From Felis catus (taxonomy: Eukaryota), in NCBI RefSeq assembly GCF_018350175.1, contig NC_058377.1, positions 14,570,001-14,634,000 of the forward strand: 64,000 bases of DNA, read 5' to 3'. Both the position numbers and the translations under genes were made by a program. Below, piece by piece: positions 38,957 to 52,229 of the stretch. A model generated the notes under the pieces. That model saw only the letters and a program-made list of their open reading frames with translations, was not told the origin of the DNA and did no database searches. The stretch's first letter is position 1. The number at the start of each line of letters is the position of its first letter.

Positions 38957-39425
38957 GGGGTAGCTGGGTGGCTCAGTCAGTTAAGAGTCCAACTCTTGAT
39001 CTCAGCTTGGGTCTTGATCTCAGGGTTGTGATTTCAAGACCCATGTTGGGCCTGTGTTGGGCCCACATTGGGCATGGAGCCTACTTAAAAAAAAATACCA
39101 TGAATATCATCAGAGAGTTAAATATATCACATCGATAAAATAGGAATAGGGTATTATAAAAGAACATTCACAGATTTTTTTTAAAAAGATCTTGCAAATT
39201 AAAAATAAGGATGCAGGGGCGCCTGGGTGGCGCAGTCGGTTAAGCGTCCGACTTCAGCCAGGTCACGATCTCGCGGTCCGTGAGTGCAAGCCCCGCGTCG
39301 GGCTCTGGGCTGATGGCTCAGAGCCTGGAGCCTGTTTCCGATTCTGTGTCTCCCTCTCTCTCTGCCCCTCCCCCGTTCATGCTCTGTCTCTCTCTGTCCC
39401 AAAAATAAATAAACGTTGAAAAAAA
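38957..39425 (+). mobile_element. Two Can-SINEs (older 38957-39089; young SINEC_Fc 39216-39425) inserted in L1-derived sequence
   Basis: TSDs AAAAATACCATGAATAT and AAATTAAAAATAAGGATGCAG (39196-39216 / 39426-39446). Confidence 0.9.
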
Positions 39426-40020
39426 AAATTAAAAATAAGGATGCAGAAACGAAAACCTGAGTAGAGGGTGAGGAAGTCCACCAGAAAGGAGAGCATACAG
39501 AGAAGGAAGACATCAGAGAAAAAGTAAGGAAATTAGACGGCTTGTCCAGAACTTTCCTAGCATTGGAAGAGATAAAGAAAAAGTGGTACAATCAGCTTGT
39601 AAAACAATTCAGCATGACCTGGTAAAGATGAATACACACGTATTGTACCACTGAGCATGAGACAAAGATTCATTAAATTTGTTAATTTATTCAACAAATA
39701 TCTATTGTGCACCTGCTAGGTTCTAGCCATTGTGCGAAGCACTGATCATATGAGAATAAACAAGATGGGCGAGACCTCTCCCTTCTCAGAAACCAACCGA
39801 AATTGTTCATCCCAAGGCAGAGGTGAAGTATGGCACATCTCTGGCTCAATTTTGTCTACAAGGTTTGGGGCTCCATGCGAGGAGTGTCTTGGTAGGTTTC
39901 CTGTGGACAGAACATATATATAAGGGGATTATAATTATTCTGTGGCTCAGAAGAGAAGCAAAAGTACCACCAATGCTGTATTGAGAAAGAACAAGTTTAA
40001 ATCTAATAATCTTTAACAGA

Positions 40021-40228
40021 GGGGGTGCCTGGGTGGCTCAGTTGGTTTAGCATCCAACTCTTGACTTCAGCTCAGGCCATGATCTCCCAGTTGGTGAGTC
40101 TGAGCCCCACGTCAGGCTCTGTGCCGACAATGTGAAGCCTTCTTGGGATTCTGTCTCCGTCTCTCTCTGCCCCACTCCTGCTTGCTCTCTTTCTCTCTCT
40201 CAAAAATAAATAAAAATAAACTTAAGAA
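40021..40228 (+). mobile_element. Can-SINE
   Basis: TSD AATAATCTTTAACAGAG on both sides. Confidence 0.88.
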
Positions 40229-40373
40229 AATAATCTTTAACAGAGTTGTTCAAACATAAAACCAATCGTCTGGGTAGATGGCAAGTTGGCTGTCAGTGGA
40301 GGTGTTCGACGCTAAACAGGATTGATTGACTCAACCGAGCGGTGACTGTGTGCCAGGCACTGTGTGAGGCATG

Positions 40374-40866
40374 TGTATTAGTCAGCTATTCTGCATAACA
40401 AATCACCCCAAAACTTAACATCGTATGATCTCTCACAATTGCTGTGGGTCTGTGGCTAGGCTGTGCGGTTCTGGTCCAGGATATGTCATGAGGTTGCAGA
40501 CAAGATGTTGGCTCGGGCCACAGTCATCCGAAGGCTTGACCACACATCTGTTTCCAAGGTGGCTCACTCACGTGCCTGGCAAGTTGGTGCTGGCTGTTGA
40601 GCAGGGGCTGCTGTTCCTCTCCGTGTGGCCCCCTCCCCAGAGCTGCTTGAGTGTCCTCCCAACAGAGTAGCTGTCTTCCTTCAGAGTCAGTGATCCAAAG
40701 GAGAGCAAGGTGCGAGCCACAAGGCCCTTTTGACCTAGCCTCAGGAGTCATAATAGCCTATTGATCACACAGGTCAGCCCTCCACCCATGAGAGACACCA
40801 CACAGGGCGTGAGCCAGAGAGGAGGATCAATCTTGGAGCCATGTGGCAGCCTGGCCACCACAGTCT
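40374..40866. mobile_element. MLT1-family (ERVL-MaLR) solo LTR
   Basis: TGTATTAGTCAGCTATTCTGCATAACAAATCACCCCAAAACTT...GGCTCACTCACGTGCCTGGCAAGTTGGTGCTGGCTGTTG. Confidence 0.75.
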
Positions 40867-41064
40867 GTACACACAACGGTGGAGGAATGGGGTACCTGTC
40901 TGTGCAGAGTTGTGTTCATTTGCTAGAAACAGTGTCAAGGAATTGGCCCGAGAGACACGGCGATTCCCTCCAAACCTCAAGTCCTATGATTTTGTGCATA
41001 GGTCCTAGTTTTTCAGTTACTGCATCACTTGCCTACTGTCTCAGAACCAGCTGCTCAAATCCTC

Positions 41065-41270
41065 TTTTTTTTCAATGTTTTATTTATTTTTGAGAGTGAG
41101 AGCGTGAGCAGGAGTGGGAGGAGGGACACAGAGAGAGGGGAACGGAAGATCCGAAGCAGACTTCGTGCTGACAGCAGCAAGCCCGATGCCAGGCTCAAAC
41201 TCACAAACCGTGAGATCATGACCTCAGTTGATGTCAGATGCTCAACCAACTGAGCCCCGAAGATGCCCCT
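41065..41270 (-). mobile_element. Can-SINE
   Basis: Reverse body containing TTTTATTTATTTTTGAGAG...CGTGAGATCATGACCT. Confidence 0.85.
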
Positions 41271-42079
41271 CAAATTCTCACTCTTCTGGGCAATGCTGGG
41301 GTCTCTAACTATTTCCCTCCATTATTAGCTGCTAATTGTCACACGGTGAGATAACCATGGTTCTGTCCTCCATGCTTTCCGACAGAGAAGTCCCAGATAA
41401 CCCCACAATTGTGGTTTCTCTCCCCAGAGCATGCCATCACCTGTGCGCCCCATCCTGGGATCACGGGGTGTTCTATGATAACACCAAAAGAACACAGCAT
41501 CCCCGCTGTTTTTGACTGGGCTGGAACAATCCCTCAACAGCAGTAAGGCCCTGTGGGTTCAGGAGGAGAGCAGGCCCCACACCCTTCCTTTGCCTCGTTG
41601 TGCTCTCCTCTCCCTAATCAAGGTCGTTCCATACACCAGACACCTCAGGGGTCGTGACCTCTCTGACGTTCTCAAATGACCTCTGACCTTTGAGCTTTGG
41701 GGATGGGTGCAGGTGTGTGGCTAGCGTCTCAGCCCAGCCCACACCAGGGCTGGCTGACACTCTTTGGGGGCACTAGCCCATGCCTGTAGAGGAGTCCATC
41801 ACATCCGGGTCACCTGAGGGGCCACGGGGGGTTGGGGGAGCTTCAGGCCTGAGAGTGTGCTGGGCTCTGGACAAACTGCACTGGGTGATATTGATGTGGG
41901 CTGTGCAGGAGTCCAGGAAACACCCCCTACCCGGCACTTGCAGGGGACTCTAAGTACATGGTTCTTCTGGGTTTAAGTGTTTCAGTCTTGCTATGTGGTC
42001 AAGCCTGGATCCCGGAGTAGCTCTGGTGAATATTTATTAATTTATTTGTTTGTTTGTTTGTTTGTTTATAGTTTTTAAA

Positions 42080-44191
42080 GTAATACTATTACGATGGCTA
42101 TTATTAAAACAACAATAGAAAATAACAAGTGTTGGAGAGGGTAAGGAGAAAAAAGCCCCAGTTCCCTGTTGACGGTAATGTAAAACATTTGCATGAAAAT
42201 ATGGCGTTTCCTCAAAAAGAATTAAACATAGAATTACCACATGATGCAGCAATTCTGATTCTGGATATATACACAGAAGAATTGAAAGCAGAGACTTGAA
42301 AATCGCATAATAGCATTATTCACGATAGCCAAAGGGTAGAAACAACCCAGGAGTCCATCANNNNNNNNNNNNNNNNNNNNNNNNNNNNNNNNNNNNNNNN
42401 NNNNNNNNNNNNNNNNNNNNNNNNNNNNNNNNNNNNNNNNNNNNNNNNNNNNNNNNNNNNNNNNNNNNNNNNNNNNNNNNNNNNNNNNNNNNNNNNNNNN
42501 NNNNNNNNNNNNNNNNNNNNNNNNNNNNNNNNNNNNNNNNNNNNNNNNNNNNNNNNNNNNNNNNNNNNNNNNNNNNNTGATTCCTTTATGCATATTCTCT
42601 AGAACAGGTCAACTCCTAGAGACAGAAAGTAGAGTAGAGGTTACCAGAAGCTGGCGTGGGGGGTGATAATGTGGAATTCCTTAACGGATACAGAGTTTCC
42701 TGTTTGGGATGATAAAGAAATTTTGGAAAGGGGCACCCCGGTGGCTCAGTCGGTTAAGTACCTGACTTCGGCTCAGGTCATGATCTCATGGTTCATGAGT
42801 TTGAGCCCCACGTCAGGCTCTGTGCTGGCAGTTCAGAGCCTGGAGCCTGCTTCGGATTCTGTGTCTCCCTCTCTCTGTGGCCCTCCCTCACTCACACTCT
42901 GTCTCTCTCTTTCTCTCTCAAAAATAAATAAAACATAAACAAATTTTTTAATAAAAAAAANNNNNNNNNNNNNNNNNNNNNNNNNNNNNNNNNNNNNNNN
43001 NNNNNNNNNNNNNNNNNNNNNNNNNNNNNNNNNNNNNNNNNNNNNNNNNNNNNNNNNNNNNNNNNNNNNNNNNNNNNNNNNNNNNNNNNNNNNNNNNNNN
43101 NNNNNNNNNNNNNNNNNNNNTACTAAATAGTATCTTAAAATCCCAATACTATAGGGGCGCCTGGGTGGCGCAGTCGGTTAAGCGTACGACTTCAGCCAGG
43201 TCACGATCTCGCAGTCCGTGAGTTCGAGCCCCGCGTCAGGCTCTGGGCGGATGGCTCGGAGCCTGGAGCCTGTTTCCGATTCTGTGTCTCCCTCTCTCTC
43301 TGCCCCTCCCCCGTTCATGCTCTGTCTCTCTCTGTCCCAAAAATAAATAAAAACGTTGAAAAAAAATTAAAAAAAAAATCCCAATACTATATAAAATATA
43401 TAAAGGGGAAAGCAATATCTCACCTTTCTGAGATGAACCCTGATGAATTTACCACCTAAGCTTTCAGTTTTCTTTCTCCCATGGAAGTCAGATATCAAGA
43501 ATCAAATATGATCCAGCAGAACCCATCTGCCCCTTGTGTGGTGGGCATCGCCCCTGCTCTATGGGGTTCTCGGGGGCTGGACGGCTTGCTCGGGTTTGAA
43601 ACTCCGTTCCACCATTTGTTACCTAATGTACCTTACCATTCTGAACTGCCTTTTCCTTATCTGCTGTATCTTCAATGTTACAGTTTGTTGGGAGGAATAT
43701 ATGAGTCAATGTACATATACCATGGGGGGCTGGGGGATTTTGTTGTTGTTATTGTTGTTTTGTTTCAGTGTTTATTTTTGAGAGAGAGAGACAGACATAC
43801 AGACAGACAGAACGTGAGTGGAGGAGGAGCAGAGAGTGGGAGACACAGAATCGGAAACAGGCTCCAGGCTCTGAGTTGTCAGCACAGAGCCCGACGTGGG
43901 GCTTGAACTCATGAACCGCGAGATCATGACCTGAGCCGCAGTCAGATGCTTAGCCAACTGAGCCACCCAGGTGCCCCTGTTTTTGTTTTTTTGATATTTA
44001 TTTATTTTTGAGCGGGAACGGGTGGGAGCGTGCACAAACGGGGAAGGGGCAGAGAGAGACAGAATCTGAAACAGGTTCCAGGCTCTGAGCTGTCCGCACA
44101 GAGCCCAACATGGGACTTGAACTGACAAGCCGTGAGATCATGACCTGAGCTGAAGTCAGACGCTTAACTGACTGAGCCACCCAGGCACCCC
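42080..44191. mobile_element. L1 3' fragment (~42080-42720) plus SINE cluster (+42730-42960, young +43154-43374, -43760-43977, -43980-44191), with N gaps at 42361-42577 and 42961-43120
   Basis: L1 motifs AAATAACAAGTGTTGG and ATAGAATTACCACATGATGCAGCAATTC; SINE heads and tails; TSD AAAATCCCAATACTATA at 43137-43153 and 43375-43391. Confidence 0.85.
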
Positions 44192-44979
44192 TCTACTGTG
44201 TTTTATAAAAGCACCTAGCACTAGGGAGCGCAGAGTATCAGCTTTATTGCAATGCCTGTATTATAACTTTCTGCCACTGGACATTCCTCATTCCCTATTT
44301 TCTCTTCTGTAACCTCCCTTCCTTTCCTACTATTTACCACCGCCTCAAATGCCTGTACGGGGCATGCACAGAATCCATTTCTTTCCAGCCTATTCCTTAA
44401 CGTTTCCTCTTTAGCAGCCAACATGGAGTACCAAATACAATTCTCTCTCTGAGAAGAATTTTAGGTCTAGCTGTTGAATTAACGGACTTTTTTTTTTTTT
44501 TTTACCTCCTTACACATTCACATACAAATATACATATGTTTCTGAACGGGGTTGTATAATGCATAACATCCAGAACCTGGCTTTCATTTGCTTAAAATAT
44601 CTTGGACATACTCTCATAAAGAGATGGATTCCCCAAACCAAATCAGAGCATTCTTCTTGTACTCGGGAACTCACAAGAGAGTGAGCCCCGTCGTCAGAAC
44701 ATGTATGAAAAGGGTGGGTAGAGCCGGCTGAGTGAATATTTCGTCTTTGGATAACATGTGACATCTTTTTCCACCTCTCCTTAGAGCACCCTCGAAAGCC
44801 CTCTCAGCACTCCCTGCCCTCACCCCTCCTGCAAGCTCATCCCCCCAGCCCTTGGTGTCCCTCAAAGTTTCCCCTGCCGGCCCCTGCCAAGCTTTGCCAA
44901 GCCGTGATTTCTGCCCACCTCAGGCCCACCAACGCCGAGAAGACACGCTGCGACCAGACTGGACTAGTTTCTCAGCAGC

Positions 44980-44985
44980 TTTATT
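44980..44985 (-). terminator. APOA4 polyadenylation signal AATAAA
   Basis: TTTATT on the plus strand, ~135 nt after the stop codon. Confidence 0.85.
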
Positions 44986-45121
44986 GAGTAGCGAGAGGTA
45001 GTGTCTCTTTCCACTGGACATGTGTCCTCAAGCTTGTACAAGAACTGCCTTGGGGCAGACAGACAGACCGGAGGCCGGGCAGGGCAGGTGTTCCTGGTAG
45101 CGCGGGAGCACCAGGGACAGC

Positions 45122-47414
45122 TCAGCTCTCCAAAGGGCCTGGCGCCTGCTCCTGCTCGGGGAGGGCCAGAGGCCTGTCCTGGTTCTCCTTCTCCTTGAGG
45201 GTGATGAAGAAAGAGTTGACCTTGTCTCTCAGATCCTTCTCCAGGAAGCTCAGGTGGTCTTCCATCCCGCCTGCGTAGGGGCCCAGCTTCTGCCTGAGCT
45301 CCTCCACCTGCTGCACCAGGGCTCTGTTGAAGGTGTCGCCGTAGGGCCCCAGGTTGCGGCGGAACTCCTCCACCTGCCGGTCCAGGTGGCTGTTGAGCTG
45401 GGCCAGCGACTCCTGCAGTCCCTTGGCGTTGTCCCTCAGCTTGCTGCGCACGTCCTCGGCCACCGGCGCCAGCCTCTGCCGCAGCTCGTCGGCATTGGCC
45501 GTGATCTTGGCCTTCAGCTCCTCGGCATTCTTCTTCATCTGGAAGGCCAGCCCCTCGAGCTGGTGGTTGAGCTTCTCCTGGACGTCCTGCGCGTAGGGAG
45601 CCAGGCTGCGACGCAGCTCTTCCACGTTCTGGTCGATCTTGACCTTGAGCTCATCGGCGTAGGGCGTGAGATGCCCCTTGAGCTCTTCTATGTTCTGGTC
45701 GATCTTGGCCTTGAACTCATCTGCATAGGGCGTCAGTGAGGACTGCAGGTTGTCCACGTTCTCGCGCAGCACGGCCTCCATGCGCTGCGCGTGGGACGTC
45801 AGGTGGCGCCGCAGGTGCTCGGCGTGAGTGTTGACCTGGGTGTGCAGCTCATCCGCGTACGGCCCCAGGCGCTGCTGCAGCTCGCGCACATTGTCCCCGA
45901 TTTTCTGGCTCACCTCGTTGGCGTGGGGCAGCAGCCGTGCCCGCAGCTCCTCCAGCTCCTTCCGAATCTCCTCCTTCAGCTTCTCCGAGTCTTTGGTCAG
46001 GCGTTCGTGCAGCTCAGTGGCGAAGGGCACGAGCTTCTTCTGCAGGTTATCCGCATAGGTGTTCACTTGCCCAAGCTTGTCCTGGAAGAGGGCACTACAG
46101 AGGAAGGACACAAGAGGGCCACCGTTACACTTGGCATTCCGTGCCAGGACCTTGTCTCCTTATATACCTGCCTAAGACAGGTGAGTGTTCAAGGGTACTG
46201 AGTTCACCCAGCTCGGCTCTGTGGCCTTCCCTGCAGCAGACCATGGTTTGAGAGGGTGGATGCAATAGACTAAGTTATTACCTTTTATCTCTGAGTCTCC
46301 CCCTGACCTTGAGTCACCTATCATGTGACCTCCAGGGGTTTGCTTTCCCCTCCCTATCTGTGAAGTAGAAAGGGCAGACTTTGAAGTCCTTCCCAGCACA
46401 GGTGCACTGTGACATAGGTCACATTCATTGATAGGATGTTAGGCTCTGGACCCCTTCCAGTGTCTTACAGATTCAAAATACTGGTTTCCCTGTACGTGCC
46501 TGTCCTCACAGGCTCCCCAGATATCCCCGCGTCCCTTCCCATGATGTCCCAGGGGCCCGTCTTTCTGGAATGTGTTAGGACCCAGCTCCCGTGACATCTC
46601 CCTCCCTCCCTTTCTTCCATGCATCTCAATGCTAAGACGTGGCCATTTGGCACAGTCTAGAAGGTTAAAGCAGAAGATTCCTTAGGGATTATCAGTCCAA
46701 CCCCCTGTCTGCATGTGGATCCCAGATCCAGAGATCTCAGGGCCACTGGGTGAGTTAGTGGCAGGGCAGTGGGCATCCTAAGCCCAGGTCTCCTGCCTCT
46801 GAGCTCAGCCTCAACGGCTGCCGCATTGCATGGCCTTTAAGAAGCCCCACCCCGCAAGTCATGTCTTTCTTACTTGAGCTGCTGGGTGAGCTCAGACTGC
46901 TGGAGATGTTCCACGGCTTCCTTGGCATTGTTGCTCAGCTGACTGAAGTAGTCCCACACCACGGTGGCCACCTGGTCGGGACTGACCTCAGCCCGGGCAC
47001 CTGGGCAGGAAGCAGACAGTGATTCATGAGGACCTATCTCCTTCCTTGCCCCTCTGCACCAGCCCTGAGCTGCAGACCAGCTGATGGTGGGGGAGCCTGA
47101 CCGCTGATCTCCTCCTCTGTGCTTCCCTAGTTAGAAGCTGGGAAGTTAGAAACTGGGCTGGCACTCACGCCAGCGGGCAGAACATTCTCAATAGGCCAGC
47201 CCTCCTGTGAACCGAGTGGCAAGTGGGCAGCCTTCTGTGTCCAACTGGGGGATGACAGGCATTTGGAACCGTCCTGTTGCCTGGGCCTCCGACTCTCCAT
47301 CCTGCCCACTCGATGCGGCAGAGGGTCCTGCCCAAGAGCCCCATCCAGAGGAAGCTCCTACTCACCGGTGACAGCCACTAGGGCCAGGGTCAGGACCACA
47401 GCCCTCAGGAACAT
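45122..47414 (-). CDS. APOA4: Apolipoprotein A-IV, 382 aa
   Basis: join(47366-47414, 46874-47000, 45122-46094) = 1149 nt. Begins [50 protein letters not shown], followed by proline-punctuated 22-mer amphipathic repeats; ends PLES-TGA. Confidence 0.97.
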
Positions 47415-47537
47415 CCTGGGCTTCTCGCCGGGCTGCACTGGATCCTTTCTGGAATCAGACGGCGCAACGGGAGAGGCTCTCAGGCAGCTCCACCTGTGCT
47501 GCTGTCCGAACTGACCAAAGCTCGGAGCCAGCCAGCC

Positions 47538-47855
47538 ATTTAAACTCCCACCAGCCTGCCCTCCCCGCCTCCCTCCCCCGTGTGACTCCACGCTGGAAGA
47601 TGACACATTCCCAGGAAGCCTCTTGGACTTTTGTGACTCTAAGACAACGTGGAAGCTGACAGTGGACTGAGGCTTGGGCAGCAGTCAGAAGAAGCTGTTC
47701 TGTGCTCATGCCCCACCCAGTATGAAGGGAGGGTGGGGAGCCATGAGCTGTGGGAGGCAAGAGGCCCAGGGAACCCCCGAGCCAGGGAGGGACTGATGCC
47801 CCAGGGGCCCTGCTGACAATTCTGGATCTGAGCCAGGTTTGGGGAGTAAAGTTCA
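47538..47855 (-). promoter_or_regulatory. APOA4 promoter: TATA-like box, HNF4 element, CREBH-type sites, distal DR1
   Basis: TTTAAAT at 47538-47544; AGTCACAAAAGTCCA (HNF4-type) at 47624-47638; CCACGTTG at 47645-47652 (minus) and CCACGCTG at 47588-47595 (plus); DR1-like GGAGTA-A-AGTTCA at 47843-47855. Confidence 0.7.
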
Positions 47856-48061
47856 CACCTCCTCTGTCTGCCTCAGGGGAAAGAGTCCCCCCGCCCCACA
47901 CATTTCCCAAACTGACTCCATCTCAGAGCACCAGACACTAGCCTAGGACATCCAGGGTCACAGGGACAGCAAGCTAAGATCCAGAGCTCTGGTCAAGGTG
48001 CGCCCAGGAGGAGGGCGAGTGGGCAGGTCGGTGGAGTGGGCAGAACCCCGTATTGAAAGGG

Positions 48062-48098
48062 TTAATTAAAAAAATTTTTTTTAAATTCATTTTTGAGG

Positions 48099-48150
<52 letters not shown>

Positions 48151-48318
48151 ACGAACAGGGGAAGGGCAGAGAGAGAGAGGGAGACACAGAATCTGAAGCA
48201 GGCTCCAGGCTCTGAGCTGTCAGCACAGAGCCCAATGCAGGGCTCGAACTCACAAACCGCGAGGTCATGACCTAAGCTGAAGTCAGACGCCCAACCAACT
48301 GAGCCACCCAGGCACCCC
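48062..48318 (-). mobile_element. Can-SINE with expanded (GA)n tract upstream of APOA4
   Basis: Reverse SINE body, (GA)~22 at ~48104-48148, approximate TSD TTGAA(A/G)GGGTT. Confidence 0.9.
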
Positions 48319-51300
48319 TTGAAGGGGTTGATTTTAAGTGTGCTTCATGTCCCGCTGCTGCCCAGCTGTGCCACCTTGGCCTGGTGACTCAACTTGGCCA
48401 AATTCTGAGCCTCAGTTTCTCCTTCGAACACGGGGTTGCTGGGCATAATAAATGAGTTGTTGCTCGTGCAATGGGTGTAGCGCCTGGCTCAGAATAAGCA
48501 CTACACAGTCGTTGTTGTTGTTATTAATAATAACCTTGTTTTCCTGATTGGGGCCCTGGCAGGGGGTCCAGTAGAATGCTCATCCCTCCAGAGAGAGGGC
48601 AGAGTCAGGCCCAGCCCTCTAGGGATCACCAAGGTAGGGTACGATGCAGGGGAAATGGCTCCCAAGCTTAGCCACACTCCCTGGGTGGGAGCAGTCAGCC
48701 TGTGCTGAATCTCAGGACCTGAGCCTCTTAGGGGACGTCCCACTGGGGGCCGGGGGATGGGGGCAGGAGGTCTTCTAGAAGACTTCTATCGTTCTCTACA
48801 ATGAGGTCATACACACGATTACAGAAAGCCATCCACCAAGAAGACAACGTGGCCTGCTCTGCATGGGCCCCTCTGCTAGACCATGCCACCTGCAGTGACT
48901 GTGAGAGGAAACTCATTCCCACTGCACTGTTGGCTCTGATCCGAGAGCACAGGGCCCGACACGCAGGTGGACTCCTGGCCACCCGCCATCACGACAGCCC
49001 ACAGTTGTGTTAACCCTGATTTATCGGGCCTCCATTTTTCATACTCCAGAAGTGGCTTGATGTCTCATGGGATTAAAGACAACTAAGGCCTTCAGCCTCT
49101 TGCGCCCTGCCGTGTCCCCATACTGCCCGCGGTCGCCTCCAGTCTCAGGGAGCCCTGCCTTCCTGGACAGCTGTCCCTATCTTGCGGTAGTTGTGAAGGG
49201 CTCAGATTCTGGAGTCGGACTCCATGGGTTTGCGTCTGGGCTTCCCACTTACTGTCCACGTGACCTCGGGAAAATCTCCTAATCTCTCTGAGTCTCAGCT
49301 GCCTCAGCTGGGCGTAGAATAATGAGGAATCAGTGAGACAGTGTGTCACGCTGGGAACAGTGTCTAGGAACAGCACTAGCCACATTTCACCCTGCAAGCC
49401 TTACCTCCCTGCCACACTGGCCTATCGCTCCTGTTCCTGCTCCCCAGTCAGGCACAGTCCAGTCTCGGGTGGGTGCAAAGGTCAGTGCTCAGTGCCCCCA
49501 TCCCTTCCCCCGGGGCCAGAGATGAAAAGAGCAATGAGTCACCAAGAACATCTCAGCTGCAGCCTGACCTCTTGGACTTGGAGTGTGAACAACAGGTGCC
49601 ACCAGCATGTGACAGGTCCTGTCTCACTTGCCTGGGCGTACACACACTGGGAGTGTCTGTACCCCGCTGAGCATGTCTGAGAGCATCTGCCAGGACGTGC
49701 ACAGATTCACATAAGTGTGCAAACACTTCAGCTGTCTGTGGGCACAAAGCTAACGCATCTCGCTAAGGGACCGGTGCCGGCCTGTGCGGCAGCCACAACC
49801 ACGAGGGGGTGTGCTGCTTCCTGACATGTCGTGGGTGGATGCCATTACTGAATGCATATGTTTCCCCAAGTCAGTGGGCACGTGTTGCATCAGTCTGTAA
49901 ACAGATTTGCACCGGGAACAGGGGAAGAACGAGTGTCCAGTCTTACAGAGTTCGAGCCGCGGGCTCGGCCTCCGGCTGGGCCTCTGGTTCTCTTTGGGCA
50001 CAGATGCTGGCCTCTGTTGCAGGACCTGACCCTATGAGACAAGAGACGGCCCCATGGGTGGACACAGGGGGCCCATGTGATGCTGGGCACATCATGTGCC
50101 TCTCTGAGCCTCGCTCTCCTTGTGTGTGCAATAGACGGCCCTAATGGTTGGTAACACAATGAGGTTGAAAGTCCAGCATTACAGCCACCCTCCTGTCCAC
50201 CCCACAGGGACAAAACCAGGGGTCAGCCCAGAGCTCAGAGTCAGGAGGGGAGAGCTCAAGACCAGCCAGAGACAGGCAAGTCACATGGACATATTCCCCA
50301 CAGATGCTCCACTCTGGCCCTCTTCCCAGGGCAGAATTAAAGAGGGGTAGCTCCTGTTGTTGTTATAGGAAGGATCTGGGTGGGATAATAGGAGGAACTT
50401 CCAGCATGGAGAGGCATGGGGAACCAGATCCTCTGGCTGGCAGGGCTGAATCGGGGCTCCCCATCCAGACTAATGGCAGGGGCATGGATCACAGAGGCTT
50501 GTGTGCTAAGCCTCGCCCAGACGCAAGGAAGCTAGTGAGGAATCAGCCTAGCCCTAGAGGACCAGTTTTGGCCCCAGCTGCTCAAGCCTCCCTCCCGCCC
50601 CCTCCTTACCACCACTGGTGACTCCTTACAGCCAGTCTGCGGGCCAGGCCCAGAGCAGCCACCTCATCCCAGGGGAGCCAGCGTGGGATGGAGAGAGAGA
50701 GAGAGAAAGGAGAGAGAGGCAGCTTAGGCTGGCCCCCGAGAGGGCCCCTCCCAAGATAGCCCTACTGAGACCCAAGCCAGAGCTGTCAGGAGGGGCACTC
50801 AATTGTGCCAAGCCCTTTGAAAGAGGAAAAGTCCCAGGACTCATGGCATGCCACACCCCTGCTGCATGGGCCCACACACCTGGGTTCTCTGCCCAGCTCA
50901 GCACGACCCTGCTGGGTCTCTCTGCCCCCATCTTCTGACCTCCCTGGCCTCAGGGGGCCCATTGCTACATGTGAGAGAGAGGACAGGTTCCTCCAGACCC
51001 TCTACACACAGGGAAAGAGAGTTGGAGGGTCCAGGGCCAAGGGATCCAGCCAGCCCATTCTAGCAGGCCCAGGGACCGAGGACTTTATACTCTGACCCAG
51101 CCTGGAACCTGGATTCCCACTGTGGCCTTCACCTCTGGGGCCGAGGGACAGGCCAGAACAGAAGAGTGACACGGGCACAAGTTGCTCTCTACCCTCCCCG
51201 GTGCGCAGATCCTTCAGCGACCCGATCAGCTTCCTTTCCTCCCCACCCCATCACCAAAAATCTGTGCTCAGGAAGAGATCTGAAACTGATTTACTCTAAG

Positions 51301-52229
51301 GTCTGAGTGAATGATAAATCTCCAAGGGTCTCATCACTCCAAGCTGCCTAGCACCAGTATTGGTATTTGAAGACCTGGATTCTGGTTTCCAGCTCTGCCA
51401 GTGATGTGCTGTATGTACTCGGGGACATCTCTACCCCTTTGAGCCTTAGGTCTCTCATCTACCAAATGGGATCGTTAATATCTACTTCGTAGAAATCTAT
51501 TTGCATTTTAACAGAATACAAGATCTAAGTCAAAGGAATGAACTTCTAATGGAGAAAGGTCAAGTCTTAGCAAACAAAGAATTCTGAGGGTGGAGCCAGG
51601 CCTCTTTCTCAGGCCTCGGATTTCACACCATGGAGTTAGTTGCTTCTTTCTGAGAAGATGGCTGCCTGCTTTCAAAAGCCCTATTTCCTCCTGCCTTCAG
51701 ACTATGCTGTCTAGGGATAGACAAGGTGTTTGGGAGGAAGAAAGAGATTTACCGAGCCTGTTCCATGAACCAGTTGCTTTGTACATGCCTCATTTACTTT
51801 GTACCACAACTCTTGGCATATCAGCACTCTCTCCCCTTTTACAAGAGGAGCAAATCGAGGCTCTGAGGTATTAGGTCTTTGTTCCTGGGTCATATGACTT
51901 AAGAGTCACAGGCATCGTTTGAACCTGGGATTTCTTGGCTTCAAAGTCTTGTTAGCCTCCCTGATCCTGCTATCCAGGTTATGGCTCCTGTTGCGGGCCC
52001 AGGGCCACCTTACCCTGAGGAAGGTAAGCCCGAGTCCTCTCCTGGACAGCCCCTGCAGAGCTCCTCTGTCCCCTCTCCCCACCGGACTGGCCTCACCACA
52101 ACCTCGGTTCGTTCCAGCTCCCCTCCCAGCCAGGGGGCTCTGAGGGCTGCCATTTCAAAGCTGAGGAAACCAAGGCCCGAGGTGAGAGGGGCTCAGCGCT
52201 GGCAATCAGTCCCAGTTGTCGCTGTCTGG

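Noticed and set aside
26000-44900. Possible hidden additional apolipoprotein gene or pseudogene between APOA5 and APOA4
   Set aside because: None of the listed ORFs shows a signal peptide plus 11/22-mer amphipathic repeats, and the region is largely L1, SINE, LTR and MIR derived. A TBLASTN with APOA1/A4/A5/E would be the decisive test.
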